DNA from: Tubulanus polymorphus
Taxonomy: Eukaryota > Animalia > Nemertea
NCBI RefSeq assembly: GCF_964204645.1
Contig: NC_134036.1
Coordinates: 1,426,001-1,490,000, forward strand
Direction of reading: 5' to 3'
DNA length: 64,000 nucleotides
Shown here: positions 1 to 12,550 of the stretch, piece after piece
Numbering within the stretch: position 1 is the stretch's first letter
Layout: each line of letters opens with the position of its first letter
The notes under the pieces: generated by a model
Told to the model about the DNA's origin: nothing
The model's database searches: none
The model's input: the letters and a program-made list of their open reading frames with translations, nothing else
Made by a program: the position numbers and the translations under genes

Positions 1-133
1 TGACTGACAGCCATCATCAGGTGGAATGCTCAGCTATTCGTTGAAACTAATGACCTATCCGCGAACCGATCTTTGCACTTCTACTGATTTAGATATTGAA
101 ATTTCGCGTTTCAAACTTAATTTCTTCATTCAG

Positions 134-728
134 TCGATGACAATGCGTGGACCGTCACGTCTTTAGTCCCGCTGATAATTGCTGGAGTGGTTCTTGGTAG
201 CATTGCGTTCATTCTGATCGTAATATTTCTGCTCGTATATCTGATAAAACAACTCGAAAACAGAGGAAACAAATCACGTCGAATGTAAGTTTTTATGGAA
301 TCATTTTGTTGTTGTCGTCCCTTTAATTGTTTCGCACCAAATGCCACCTTCTTTTTAAATGACAGAAAACTTATCAATAACAGATCACTAATACATAACT
401 CATCAATTACAGATTAGTTTGATTTGGTTCGAATCCCATTAGTCCTTCAAACCGACTATTTCGGTACCGTCTATTCAAAAGGTATTTGCTGAACCCAGAA
501 TTTTGAAGAATTGAAAAAATCGAGTTAAAATCGTCACTCTTTTATTTCAGTAAAACTAAAGATTTAACGACAGGTAAAAATTATTCATATAGAAATATGA
601 ATTTATTTTCTAGACTTCTAAATATTGAATGTTATTATTTTGACAATTTCATCATTTTTAAACGTATTTTTATTATTACAGTTTATCGAAACAATGACCC
701 GGATTCACGTATTTATACAAGGAAGTAA
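134..728 (+). pseudogene. 3' end (TM exon and short cytoplasmic exons) of an Ig-superfamily single-pass membrane protein gene; 5' part lies outside the window, intactness unknown
   Basis: Exon 134-284 (ag/gt bounded) reads VDDNAWTVTSLVPLIIAGVVLGSIAFILIVIFLLVYLIKQLENRGNKSRR. Small exon 551-573; last exon 682-728 reads VYRNNDPDSRIYTRK*. Near-identical to 30583-31177, where Ig exons precede it. Confidence 0.6.
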
Positions 729-1187
729 TGATAGGAAAAAATGATCCATGATTTTAATGATTTTAATTGGTGATTAATTAGCTTTGTGGTCACCCTATTC
801 AGCTGATGCCTGTTTTTTCTGATACGGGGAAAACCAATGGTTTGTCTCATTTTACACGAAAGGGGTGTCATGTCTATCGTGCTAAGGATTTAAGTGGAGT
901 TAATCCGTTAACACTATGAATTAAACTGTTTTTTTTTCATGTTTTGATAATTTGTTCTTTTTACTTATCAAAGATTTTTTCTTTTATTTATTTTTTTCCT
1001 ACTCGGGTAACGGTGACCCTTGATGTTCTGTTCTGGCCTCCTTCCTAACCTCCCCCTCAGAGCAAAATAAACTAGCAAATCTGAAATTTGTTTAAACTTC
1101 CTTTAAAATGATTTATTTGAAAATCAAAAGGAAGTTAATTGCATAGATATGTGAGCGATATCATATTGCGTCATTCAGATAAACAAA

Positions 1188-4100
1188 ATGTATCGTGAAA
1201 GAAACATCTTTCGTTTTTTGCTGTTGTTGATTCTATGTTTATTCATCACAAACACATCAGGTGAGTTAATCAATAATCGTTGGTTCCAGAGCTGTTGAAA
1301 ACGTAGAAATCGTAAATTGTACGATTTCAATCCATAAGAGAGCACCGATGATAACCAGAGAAAGAAGAGAATTATTGTTGGAGAACAGCATTTGGAGAAT
1401 ATTTTTGTAAAATAATCTTCTTTTTGTCATTTCAGCAAAATGTTTTGGGAAGAGTTGTACTGGTTGGTTGTGTCATTGCAGTAATACAGCTGTGGACCAA
1501 TGTCCAATCAAGGGTCAGAATATAGATGGCGCTTTAACGTGTCCTGATCCTAATACTGCATGTGAGTCTACAATAAAAATTCCATATCCCTGGACACCGC
1601 CAGGATGGACCGGACCAGCTTGTCAAATCGGTAAGTTTTCTGTATCAACTGTGGGTCAGGTCAAATATCACTGAACCCCGGATTTTCCCCAGATTAACGG
1701 TTTAACTCAACTAATCCGTCATATGAAGCGGCTTTTATTGAAATGAAAATTTTGAAAAAATAAAAGGGAAAAAAATAAAATGAATCATTTTTTTAGAAAT
1801 CCTACCTAATTCACGTAGATCCAAATGGCGACGTTTTCCGTATTAGGGAGCTTAGTCCGAAAAACGTAAAAATAGGCCCATGATCTGTGATTCTTTTTTA
1901 CTTTAAGAAATATCATTTTTTGAAAATACGAAATATCACCATCTGGATGTCATGAAATTATTTCGTGGCTTAAAGGACGCGAATATAGTTTTTTTAATTT
2001 TACGTACATAAGCATAGAATCGAGCTACTTTTTTGTTGATTTTAGGGTGACATTTTCGACTGATATTTATAGTAGCTTAGTTTCGGCGACTACGTAACCA
2101 AAGCTAAGAAATGAAATGATGGAAATAAAATATTTATTTTGAAAATTCTATTCTGCTCGTTTTGTAGGTAACGTGGCTCGCGGTAAAACAGGTACGATGT
2201 CATCCGTTTATTCCGACTCATACGGCGGTAGTAGATGTACAGATGGTCAAACGCTAGCTCACATTGCTTATCTCAGTTATAAGGATATGTGTCACACTAA
2301 TGAGGATCAAGACGCCTGGATTAGAATTGATCTTGGAACACAATACGTGGTACATAAAGTTACACTTTGGGATAGACCAGACGCGGCTGATTGCGGCGAC
2401 GCTGAGTGGAGTGAGTACAAATTATAAATGTTGATTATATCATTGATTATTTCGGTCAAATCTGAAAAAATAGAACTTTTAACTGGAAAAGTCTCGTTAG
2501 ATATAAATTCCGTCTAGTAGATGAAATATCTTCAAAACTAACCAATCATTGATGGATTCTATGAGATGAGTTGAAATATTGAACCCTACCGAAACATCGA
2601 ACTCTGAGTCATCAATAATTAATATCAATGGTTAATATCGTTTAACTCATATCTGATACAAAGAATACGTTAGAAAAAGTCTGGTTGAATATAACCCCGT
2701 TTTAGTTTAGAGATTTTCAAAATCTACCAATTGTTGATCGATTCAGGAACTAAATTCCGCACTGTTTCACACAGTTTTCAGTTACCTTTGACTCGAGATG
2801 AAAATTAAAAAATCTAGAGACAAGATTTTTAACCTGAACTGTGGAAATGTGCGTGGGCCATGAATAATTTGTTTTCCGTTCGACATCAATGTATCTGCGG
2901 TATTCATGGGCGACTCTCTTCAACTTGTTTTCACGAAGTTAAATCTGATTTTCCCCTAGAAAAACGTGCGCGCATGTGCATGGGGAGGTGGAGGAGTTAA
3001 AATAACCGGAAGTCAAGCGAACGTACTTCATGCACGGCCCCTTTACTTATTTTTTCAAAAGAACTTGAACAGAATTGTTTTGCTCCCAAAGCAATCTTCA
3101 ACTTCCCTGATTTCGTGCATTAATTTTGTTTTGTCGGAGTTAACTGCAATATTTCAAAGCTCCTTAATCTTTTCTCAGAAAAACGCGAACGCAACATGGA
3201 GATTCGAGTTGGAAATGAATATGGCACCAATACAAGTATTTCTACATCTAACCAGAAATGTGCTTACCAGGGCCCCGCTCTCTGTGGAACACATAAAACA
3301 TTATCATGCAGCCCAGGTCCTATAGTTGGACGATTCGTCACCGTTCAACACAAGAACATTGGTAAGGCAGAGGCTCTCGCACTGGCAGAAATAGAAGTTA
3401 TCGGGTTCAAATATATCGGTAAGTTTTACATGACTATATATATGTGTAAACTATAAAGAGTATGGAAATGGATTTTGCTTTTCTCGAAAATATTCAGTCG
3501 CTTGTATATAGAATTTACCCCCGAACGAAAAATTTTGAAATGAAAAGAAGTCTCCCTTTATTACCAAAATTTTGTTTTTAGCACCCATTCATTTATGGAT
3601 TTATTATTGTTAAAATTAGATCGATTTATAAAAATATTCAGTGACTTGTAATGAGAACATATTTCCGAAAGATCGAATGATTCATATTTTTCGTATCAAA
3701 TTTGAATTTCTGTTTAGCACCCGGTAGTTGCAGTAAGGGATCGAACTCATTTGGATGTATGATTGAATGTAGATGTTACAACAGTGAAAGTTGTAACTAT
3801 TTGAGTGGTATCTGTGAATCTGGCTGTTCACGGAATTACATCGGAAAGTGGTGCGAGTCAGGTATATTACACTGAATCATAGATTCCTGGGAATCTCACT
3901 TCCTATTCCCGAAATATAGTAACCAATATGAATCGAAAATGATACCAAGTCAAAAAAACCGAAAGTAAAAGATCCTTACCCTTTATTTTATTCAAATCAC
4001 CTGAAATTAACATCTCAGATTTCTTTTTCAGAATTGAAATCGTTTTCTCAATTAACAAAATCTGCGCTGACAGATAACAGTGTAAAAGTCAGTTGGACCG

Positions 4101-5035
4101 CTTACTCGGGTTCTGTAGTAGATTCAGGTCGTGGTACTGTCAGCGTTCAGTATCTAGTCGTTTATCGTAAAATATCAGAAAACACTTGGACTAATCAGGA
4201 AACTGCAGGAGTCCTTACACATCGCACAATTACTGGTTTAACTCCTAATACCGGGTATAACATAGCTGTTAGACTACAGAAATTAGAGAACGGTCAACTT
4301 ATATCAACTGCGAGTCTGACTAGTACAGTATTAACTTTGTGTGCAGGTAAAACCCCTCATTCTAATAAACTCTTAATCATCAATTCAAACACAGAATTGT
4401 GTTGAACATGTTTGTTTTACTGTAGATCCATTAAACGGTCCTAAAGGTGTTCGTGTGGTGTCCACAGCGGTTGAGAACAGTAACACGTGGCCCCAGACAA
4501 CCAATCTGATACTTACATGGACCGTAAGTGTGCCTCAACCAGAATCACATAAATTCACCTGGGCCCGGTTTTATAGACTAGTGTTACCTTCAACCCGGGG
4601 CTAACTTAATTTATTTTCTTACTTTATTAACTAATTCACCTGATGTTCATTTATATCTATATGACAAGGGAAGAAAATTTGACCTTCCCTTTCAGTGACA
4701 CATGATAAAAACATGTAGTGAATTATAATTATGTTGCAGGCTTTAACTGCTGCAGAGTTACAGTGTGACGTCACTAAAGCTGTTTATCAAGTCGAGTATA
4801 AACAACTGAACGGACAAACATGGACCACAACAGCGGCGCAACCTACCGGCCACACACTAACAGGACTAGAACCTGATACTGATTATGAAGTTAGAGTTGG
4901 TGTAAAGAATGACGTCACTCAGAAATTCATTTACACCAAACCTAAAAGTTACAAAACGTCGACTGCGGGTAATTCAATCCCACATTAGATATAGCCAAAA
5001 CGAGAAACTTGAATAAGAGTAAATGTAGTTGGCTC

Positions 5036-5118
<83 letters not shown>

Positions 5119-8100
5119 TTGGAGAACAGCATTTAGAGAATGTTTTTTGTAAAACAATCTTCTTTTGTCATTTCAGTAATATGTTTTGGGAAGAGTTGTT
5201 CTGGTTGGGAGTGTCATTGCAGTAATACAGCCGTGAACATATGTCCAATAAAGGGACAGAATATAGATGGCGCTTTAATGTGTCCAAATCCTAACACTGC
5301 ATGTGAGTCTTCAATAAAAACTCCGTATCCCTGGACATCACCAGGATGGACCGGACCAGCTTGTCAAATCAGTAAGTTTTCTGTATCAACTGTGGGTCAG
5401 GTCAAATATCACTGAACCCCGGATTTTTCCCAGATTAATGGATTAACTCAACTAATCCGTCATGTGAAGCGGCTTTTATTGAAATGAAAATTTTGAAAAA
5501 ATAAAAGGAAAAATAATAAAATGAATTATTTTTTTAGAAATTCTTCCTAATTCACGTAGATCCAAATGGCGACGTTTTCCGTATTAGGGAGCTTAGTCCG
5601 AAAAACGTAAAAATAGGCCCATGATCTCTGATTCTTTTTTACTTTAAGAAATATCATTTTTTGAAAATACGAAATATCACCATCTGGATGTCATGAAATT
5701 ATTTCGTGGCTTAAAGGACGCGAATATAGTTCTTTAATTTTACGTACATAAGCATAGAATCGAGCTACTTTTTTGTTGATTTTATGGTGACTTTTCGACT
5801 GATATTTATATTAGCTTAGCTTCGGAGACTATGTAACCAAAGCTAAGAAATGAAATGATAGAAATAAGATATTTATTTTGAAAATCCTATTCTGCTCGTT
5901 TTGTAGGTAACGTGGCTCGCGGTAAAACAGTTACGATGTCATCCGTTTTGTCAATCCCTACGTTTACCGCTAGTAAATGTACAGATGGTCGGACGGTAAC
6001 TAAACCATATAAAGATCTATGTCACACTCGTTATGATCAAAACGCCTGGATTAGAATTGATCTCGGAACTCAATACGTGGTACATGAAGTTACACTGTGG
6101 GATAGAACAGACGCGGCTGGTTGCGACCTGCCGTGGAGTGAGTACAAATTATTAATGTTGATTGATCATCTAGGCCAAATATGATAGAAAAAAATATATA
6201 ACTTCAGCTCGAAAAGCCTGGTTGAATATAAACCAAGTTTAGATGAGTGATTTTTTCAGAAAAGTTTGACTCGAGATGAGTTGAAACTTTGAACTCTACC
6301 GGAATATCGAACTCTGAGTCATCAATAATCAATAATCTGTAAATAAAGTCAGTTCGACAACAATGTGTCTGTGGTATCCATGGATGACAACTTCATGAAA
6401 AATACGTTATTGGAAAATTTTGAATCAACTTTTTCAAACGTGTCAACATTTTCAGTCGATAACTATAAATTTGTGTTAGGGGCCGTGCGCCTGTCGAAAA
6501 CAATGAATTTATTTTTAGATTTGTTTTTCACAGAATTTGAATAGAATTGCTCTGCACCCAAAGCAATCTTCAGCTTCCCGGATGTCGTGCATTATTATTT
6601 GTTTTCATCTTTCAAAGCTTCTTAATTCTTTTTCTAAGAAAAACGTTCGCGCAACCTGGAGATTCGAGTTGGAAATGAATATGGCACCAATACAAGTATT
6701 TCTACATCTAACCAGGAATGTGCTTACCAGGGTCCCCCTCTCTGTGGTAGGCATAAAACATTAGCGTGCAGCCCAGGTCCTATAGTTGGACGATACGTCA
6801 CCGTTCAACACAAGAACATTAGTAATGCAGAGTATCTCAACCTGGCAGAAATAGAAGTTATCGGGTTCAAATATATCGGTAAGTTTTACATGACTATATA
6901 TATGTGTAAACTATAAAGAGTATGGAAATGGATTTTGCTTTTCTCGAAAATATTCAGTGACTTGTATATAGAATTTACCCCCGAACGAAAAATTTTGAAA
7001 TGAAAAGAAGTCTCCCTTCATTACCAAAATTTACCCATTCATTTAAGGATTATATTATTGTTAAAATTAGATCGATTTTCATAAAAATATTCAGTGACTT
7101 GTAATGGGAATGTATTTCCGAATGTTCAAACAGTTCATATTTTCGTATCAAATTTGAATTTCTGTTTAGCACCCGGTGGTTGCAGTAAGGGATCGAACTC
7201 ATTTGGATGTATGATTGAATGTAGATGTTACAACAATGAAAGTTGTAACTATTTGAGTGGGATCTGTGAATCTGGCTGTTCACAGAATTACATCGGAAAG
7301 TGGTGCGAGTCAGGTATATTACACTGAATCAGAGATTCCTTAGAATCTCGGTCCCAACTGTAAACGACTGAAAGTAAAGATCCTTGTTCATCTAAAACTA
7401 ACATCAATCTATTTTCAGAATTTAAGTTGTTTTCGCTATTAACAGAATCTGCGCTGACAGATAACAGTGTAAGAGTCGGTTGGACAGCTTACTCGGGTTC
7501 TGTAGTAGATTCAGGACGTGGTACTGTCAGCGTTCTGTATCAAGTCGTTTATCGTAAGATATCAGAAAAGACTTGGACTAATCAGGAAACTGCAGGAGTC
7601 CTTACACATCACACAATTACTGGTTTAACTCCTTATACCAGGTATAAGATAGCTGTTAGACTACAGAAATTAGTGAACGGTCAACTTATATCAACTGCGA
7701 GTCTGACTAGTATGACTAGTACAGTATTAACTTTGTGTGCAGGTAAAACCCCTGATTCTAATAAACTCTTAAACTGTAAATGAGTAAAACATGTTGCTGT
7801 CGTCATCAAGTAGATGTCAATTCACAGAATCGCATTACTTAATTTGTCTGTGGTGTTTATTTCAGTACCAGGACCTCCCGCTTCTCTCGACTACTCATTC
7901 ACAAGGGATACATTGAAAACTACATTGACATGGACTTTACCAAACAGTCCAAATTGTGATGTCATCAATTATTGGGTAGGAATTAACTTGTCCTGACCAT
8001 TAGAGGGCACCATCTGCGCTATACTGTAACGTGTCCCTATCTGTTTTCAGCTCACGTGTGAACCCATCAGTACAACTTCCACAACACCTTTAACAGACAT

Positions 8101-11100
8101 AAAAACAATCAACAAACCTAAAATCAAAGGCTCCATCACAACTTTAGACATAACGACGTCACTGATACCTTTTACTCAATACAACTGTTCAATGTTTGCC
8201 TCGAATAGTAAAGGGGAAGGGTCACCTGCCAGTGTTAGCTTTTGGTCAGGTGAGTAATTTGAACCCAATGACCTCAAGTATTCATTGATGTCACTTGTCA
8301 ACATTGTCACTTACTGATATTTCAGGTGAAATAACAATTCCCCTACTGGTTGTCAAGAAAGCAGCGATAACAAACACGACTGTTACACTTCAAATAACAC
8401 GTGTTAATACTGGAAACATTACGTAAGTGTCCTCTTATTTTCATCTATAAATAATGCATGATCTTATAAAACAATTTTTCTCTGATTTTCAGCGGTTACG
8501 AGGTGATCGTCAAGAAACATGATGGACCAATCAGCCGTCGCCGGAAGCGTGCAGTCAACCAATCACAGTACGTCTCGTACGGAGAAGCTAAACAGCGAGG
8601 ATTATCAGTTTATATTACTGCAGTTCTACCACCGAAAGTGCCCTCTGAGTTTATAGTTGGTGATACACGTGACTATTGTGGTTACTTTAATGCTCCTCTA
8701 GAAACTGGAAAATCTTACAGTTTTATTTTAGGAATCGTTGTCAATTATAACGGAGTGAGTTCATCTTGTCTTTGAATGTGAATTGTAGTTTCCAATTTGG
8801 AGGTGACTCTAGCCATTTTTTGGGGATTTTTCAGGAAACGTTTCGGCATTATCCACCAATAGAACAGCAAGAGAGAATCACTGTTCAAGCATCGTCTAGT
8901 AAGGCAGGGATAATAGGTGGCGTTGTGACAGTTGTTCTAATACTGTTATTGGTTGCTGTTGCTCTATATATTGTTTGGAGGTATGAGTAAATAGTGGCGA
9001 CCTCTATAGTCCAAGGCAAATCATTTGACAATCGCCCAATGCCCCTATTCTCACAAAAGTTCCCCCTCATTCAGTTACCCACTATATGGACGCTTTAACT
9101 TTTCAGACGCGGTGGATTCAAAATTAAACAAGCATCGAACAATGCAGAAATATCCATGGGGAATATTTCACCTTCTGATAAACCTATTGAAATACCTTTG
9201 GCGAGAGAAGAAGCAGAGGCTGTTTATGTGAATTGTCCTAAATCACCGAGACAAGAAAATACAGCTAGTGCAAATGCTGCATTTTCAAGAGGTTTGTCTC
9301 AAGACCGTGAGGTTTTGTAAAGTTGTAGCCTATTTTAACATTTAACACTATGATTCCTCTCCCTATAGTAAGCTCCGCGTATTTCAATATCTATGACGAT
9401 CCGAATGCTGTAGATGAAACGCAAGATGGCGAGGATCATCACTACGAAATCGCTTCTAAAGGCGCTACTATGATTTGTGACCTGTTGGGAGAGACCTTGA
9501 TGAAGACCTCTGATGAGTGGAAGAATATGAATGAAGAATTTCAGGTAAAATTGCTGGGAGGTTGCGACTGCTCGTGGGTAAGACATGTGATCATGTTCTG
9601 GATCTATTTTTTCTTTAGAGTGTTCTCAAATTCAGACGAGGATTGAGCGCCTGCGCTGAGACAGTGGAGAATCTTGAGAAAAACAGGTTTCCAAACATAT
9701 TGGCCTGTAAGTATTGCCTGGTCATTATATAGACATGAGTTCTGTCGTAAATACAAGAGTTGCCTTGTGAAACATCTCTATTGAGTTTCATTGACTTTGA
9801 GTGGTTTTTTCTAGATGATTCGACTAGAGTTGTTCTGGAACAAATCGGTGAAGATCCAACATCAGATTACATCAATGCCAATTATATTCGGGTGATAAAT
9901 CAATCCCTCTCTGCTCTTGAAAATGTTGCCACGTCCTCCTATTGTATATAAACGGAAATTCTGAATTTAATTTTCAGGGACTAACTGGTCATGTAATATG
10001 TATTGCTTGCCAGGGTAAGTCTCATGATTCAATTGTTGCGTGTTACTTGTGCGCTCACTCATCTAACTTGTTCTTTCAGCTCCATTGCTATCTACAATCA
10101 ATGACCATTGGCGGATGATCTGGCAAGAGAAATGTCCAGCTATCATTGTACTTACTGTTCTGACTGAAGGACAAGGCAAAGATAAGAAGGTTGCAAAAAT
10201 ACTCTAAGATGCTGAAGCGTAAACAGGCAAAATTTAGAAAAATAAGTACCGTTGATTTTTAACTTGCAGGTGAAGTATCATTTATATTGGCCAACAAAAC
10301 TGAACACGAAAGGTCGATATGGAGATATAACAGTAAAAGTTGCAAAGAAAATGGAAAAACACACTGAGCCTCCGGCTGCCGTACATTTCTTGTCCATTAC
10401 AAAGGTAATGATCATGTCATTGCTTTATCATGAGTGACCTAGTGTTGGTATTTCTGCTATCTATAAGCTTGGTTCAGATATCGATTTTAATAGACTCTCC
10501 CGATAAGTAACATTTCATTTATTTTATAGCGTGGCCACAAACAAGCACATAATCTATTAGTGTTTCACTATCGAGGATGGCCGGATCATGGTGTACCGTT
10601 CCCGGCTTTATCTGTTGTTCGTATGCAACAGTTCATCAAACAGCGTCTTACCGACCCGGATCAGGGACTTGTGCTGGTTCATGGCAGGTAAATTAATTTG
10701 AAATCGTCCAGTCCTTTACAGTTAAGGACACGTTTAGATATGTTATTGTTTGTGTTCTCAGTGCTGGTGCTGGAAGGACGGGTTGTTATATCGCAACGGA
10801 GCAGCTTCTTGAGAAAGCCAAGAAAGATGGACTTGTTAACGTATTCGACATGTTTAGGAAATTACGACAACAAAGACCAGAAATGATCCAAAATATGGTA
10901 AATCTTAATAAAGTTACTGCCTCTCATTTCACGTTTCCAAAATGGAAAACTTCAACGTGTTCCTTTATTACTATCTACTTCAGAAACAGTACATTCTCGT
11001 GCACCAGATTCTACTGGAGGAACTGATACTGGGACCAGTGGCATACACGACCACGAGTTTCAGAGAATCATACGAGGAAAGAAAGGCAACGCGACCAGTA

Positions 11101-12550
11101 TCTAAAAACGTGTCTGATAAAATAGAGGAACAATTTCTTGTACGTATTAAGATCAGCCAAAATGAGATGAAGGGTTTTGGATAACAAACAGATGGCAGCA
11201 ATGAATCCATTGACCCAGATAAACTAGATTTCAATTTTTTTCCTTGGTTTGGTTTTGAAGAAAATAATTACCCAATGCGTTGTTTTCTGATGCAGGTTTT
11301 GAAGGCATCGATTCCGATTCAGGACGAGGAATCACTAGCAGTGGCCAAACTACTCAACAATGTTAACAAGTCCCGATACAAAGACATCCTTCCCGAGGCA
11401 CAGTATCAACCGCAACTCTCACATAAAGGGTTCATCAATGCTTCATTTGTGCACGTGAGTTTGATTCTGAATTAATAGCTGTCCGTGGAATATCTGGTGG
11501 AGGGGGGCATTAATCCTCGATAATCTTCAGTTGAGATATCGATAAGTTATAAGAATCTGATTGAAATACTTTCCTTTTTACAGACGATCACAGATAAAAA
11601 CGTGTTTATAGCAACACAAAGTCCAATGGCAAATACTATTACTGACTTCTGGCAAATGATCTTTGACTATAACTGTGAAATTATTGTGATGATGCATCAA
11701 GAATATCCACAAGATCCGGTAAGGTGTATTCCTAGTCTAGCATCTAGTATACATAGGTCTGCTTTGTAGGTATCTTTTTCCAGAATACATCTTCTGATTT
11801 TAGACATATGCAAGTTACTGGCCTGCAGCTGGAAGCATCAAATGCAGTCCTTTTACAATCACTGTGGAGGAAGTTTCATTGCTCTGTAAGACCATCGTTC
11901 GCCGGGATTTGATCCTCAAAAAACAGAATGTATGTTGAGTTGTTTCGGTAGCTACTGTACAGAGAAATATGGCTGCATTTTTCGGAATTTCCTTCGACAT
12001 TGCTATTTACTATGACCTGATCAGATCAATTGTATTTCTTTGATTTCACAGGAATCGCATCAGATTCGTCAGATCCAGTTTTTAGGATGGCCTGAGGATG
12101 AGTCGGTTCCTAATTTACAACATCTATTCGAGTTTGTGAATCTAGTTACAAGAGAACACGTGACCAGTCCTATTGTTGTACATTGCATGTTCGTATCTTA
12201 GCAACATCAGTCAATTATTCAAAACAATATCACATATTCTATCGATTATGCAAATTTTACAGGGACAGCACAACGAGAGCAGGGTTATTTTGTGCGGCAT
12301 TTGAACTGATCACCAAGGCGCCATCTAGCGAACAAATCGATATTTATCACTGTATACAAAAACTACGAATGACTCGACCTCAATTCATTCCAAATTTGGT
12401 AAGAAATTAATCGATTTTCTTTGTATTTTCACGAGTTATTTTATTGATGTATTTTTCTTGTTTTCGTATTCATAGGAACAGTACAAGTTTCTACACGATC
12501 TGGTGATATTCTATTTACAAGGATTCGACACTTATGTGAACCTTAGTTAG
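1188..12550 (+). CDS. FTLD-EGF-FN3 receptor-type protein tyrosine (pseudo)phosphatase, copy A (two lectin modules, 34 exons, about 1836 aa)
   Basis: Manual splicing gives one continuous frame. Signal peptide 1188-1260 (MYRERNIFRFLLLLILCLFITNTS); Cys-rich 1436-1630; FTLD 2168-2410+3179-3418; EGF 3718-3861; FN3 4032-4346, 4426-4523, 4740-4968. Second module 5177-5371, 5907-6137, 6639-6878, 7170-7313, 7419-7742. FN3 7866-7975, 8051-8249, 8326-8422, 8493-8754 (RRRKR); TM 8835-8980; JM 9107-9291, 9369-9544; D1 9619-11139 (8 exons: KNRF, DYINAN, WPDHG, HGSAGAGR); D2 11296-12398; last exon 12476-12550 (..FDTYVNLS*). Exon sum is 5511 nt, divisible by 3. Confidence 0.88.
2168..3418 (+). CDS. F-type lectin (fucolectin, F5/8-C-like fold) domain A1, split over two exons
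   Basis: NVARGK..MSS..CTDG..CHT..WIRIDLG..V.LWDR.D ... IRVG..NQKC..C..GRFVTV..LAEIEV. The H-x26-R-x-D fucose-binding motif spacing is exact. Confidence 0.85.
5038..5116. repeat. (AT)n microsatellite in the intron at the module-1/module-2 junction of gene A
   Basis: About 39 perfect AT units; orthologous tract at 35222-35281. Confidence 0.98.
5907..6878 (+). CDS. F-type lectin domain A2 (two exons)
   Basis: Same framework as A1 with different loops. The second exon uses an AAG acceptor (6636-6638) instead of CAG. Confidence 0.82.

Noticed and set aside
126-377. Minus-strand 83-aa ORF (and its copy at 30575-30826)
   Set aside because: Antisense shadow of the plus-strand TM exon of the Ig gene.
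2966-3325. Alternative-frame ORFs over FTLD, JM and PTP exons (e.g. 6537, 9025, 10698, 21447, 23009, 33177)
   Set aside because: Wrong frame; the spliced frame gives the conserved domain motifs.
4942-5157. ORFs with IYIYIY runs (also 35058-35322)
   Set aside because: Translation of (AT)n microsatellites.
1188-12550. Assigning a vertebrate gene symbol (PTPRK, PTPRA, LAR)
   Set aside because: The ectodomain architecture matches none of them; orthology needs a PTP-domain phylogeny.
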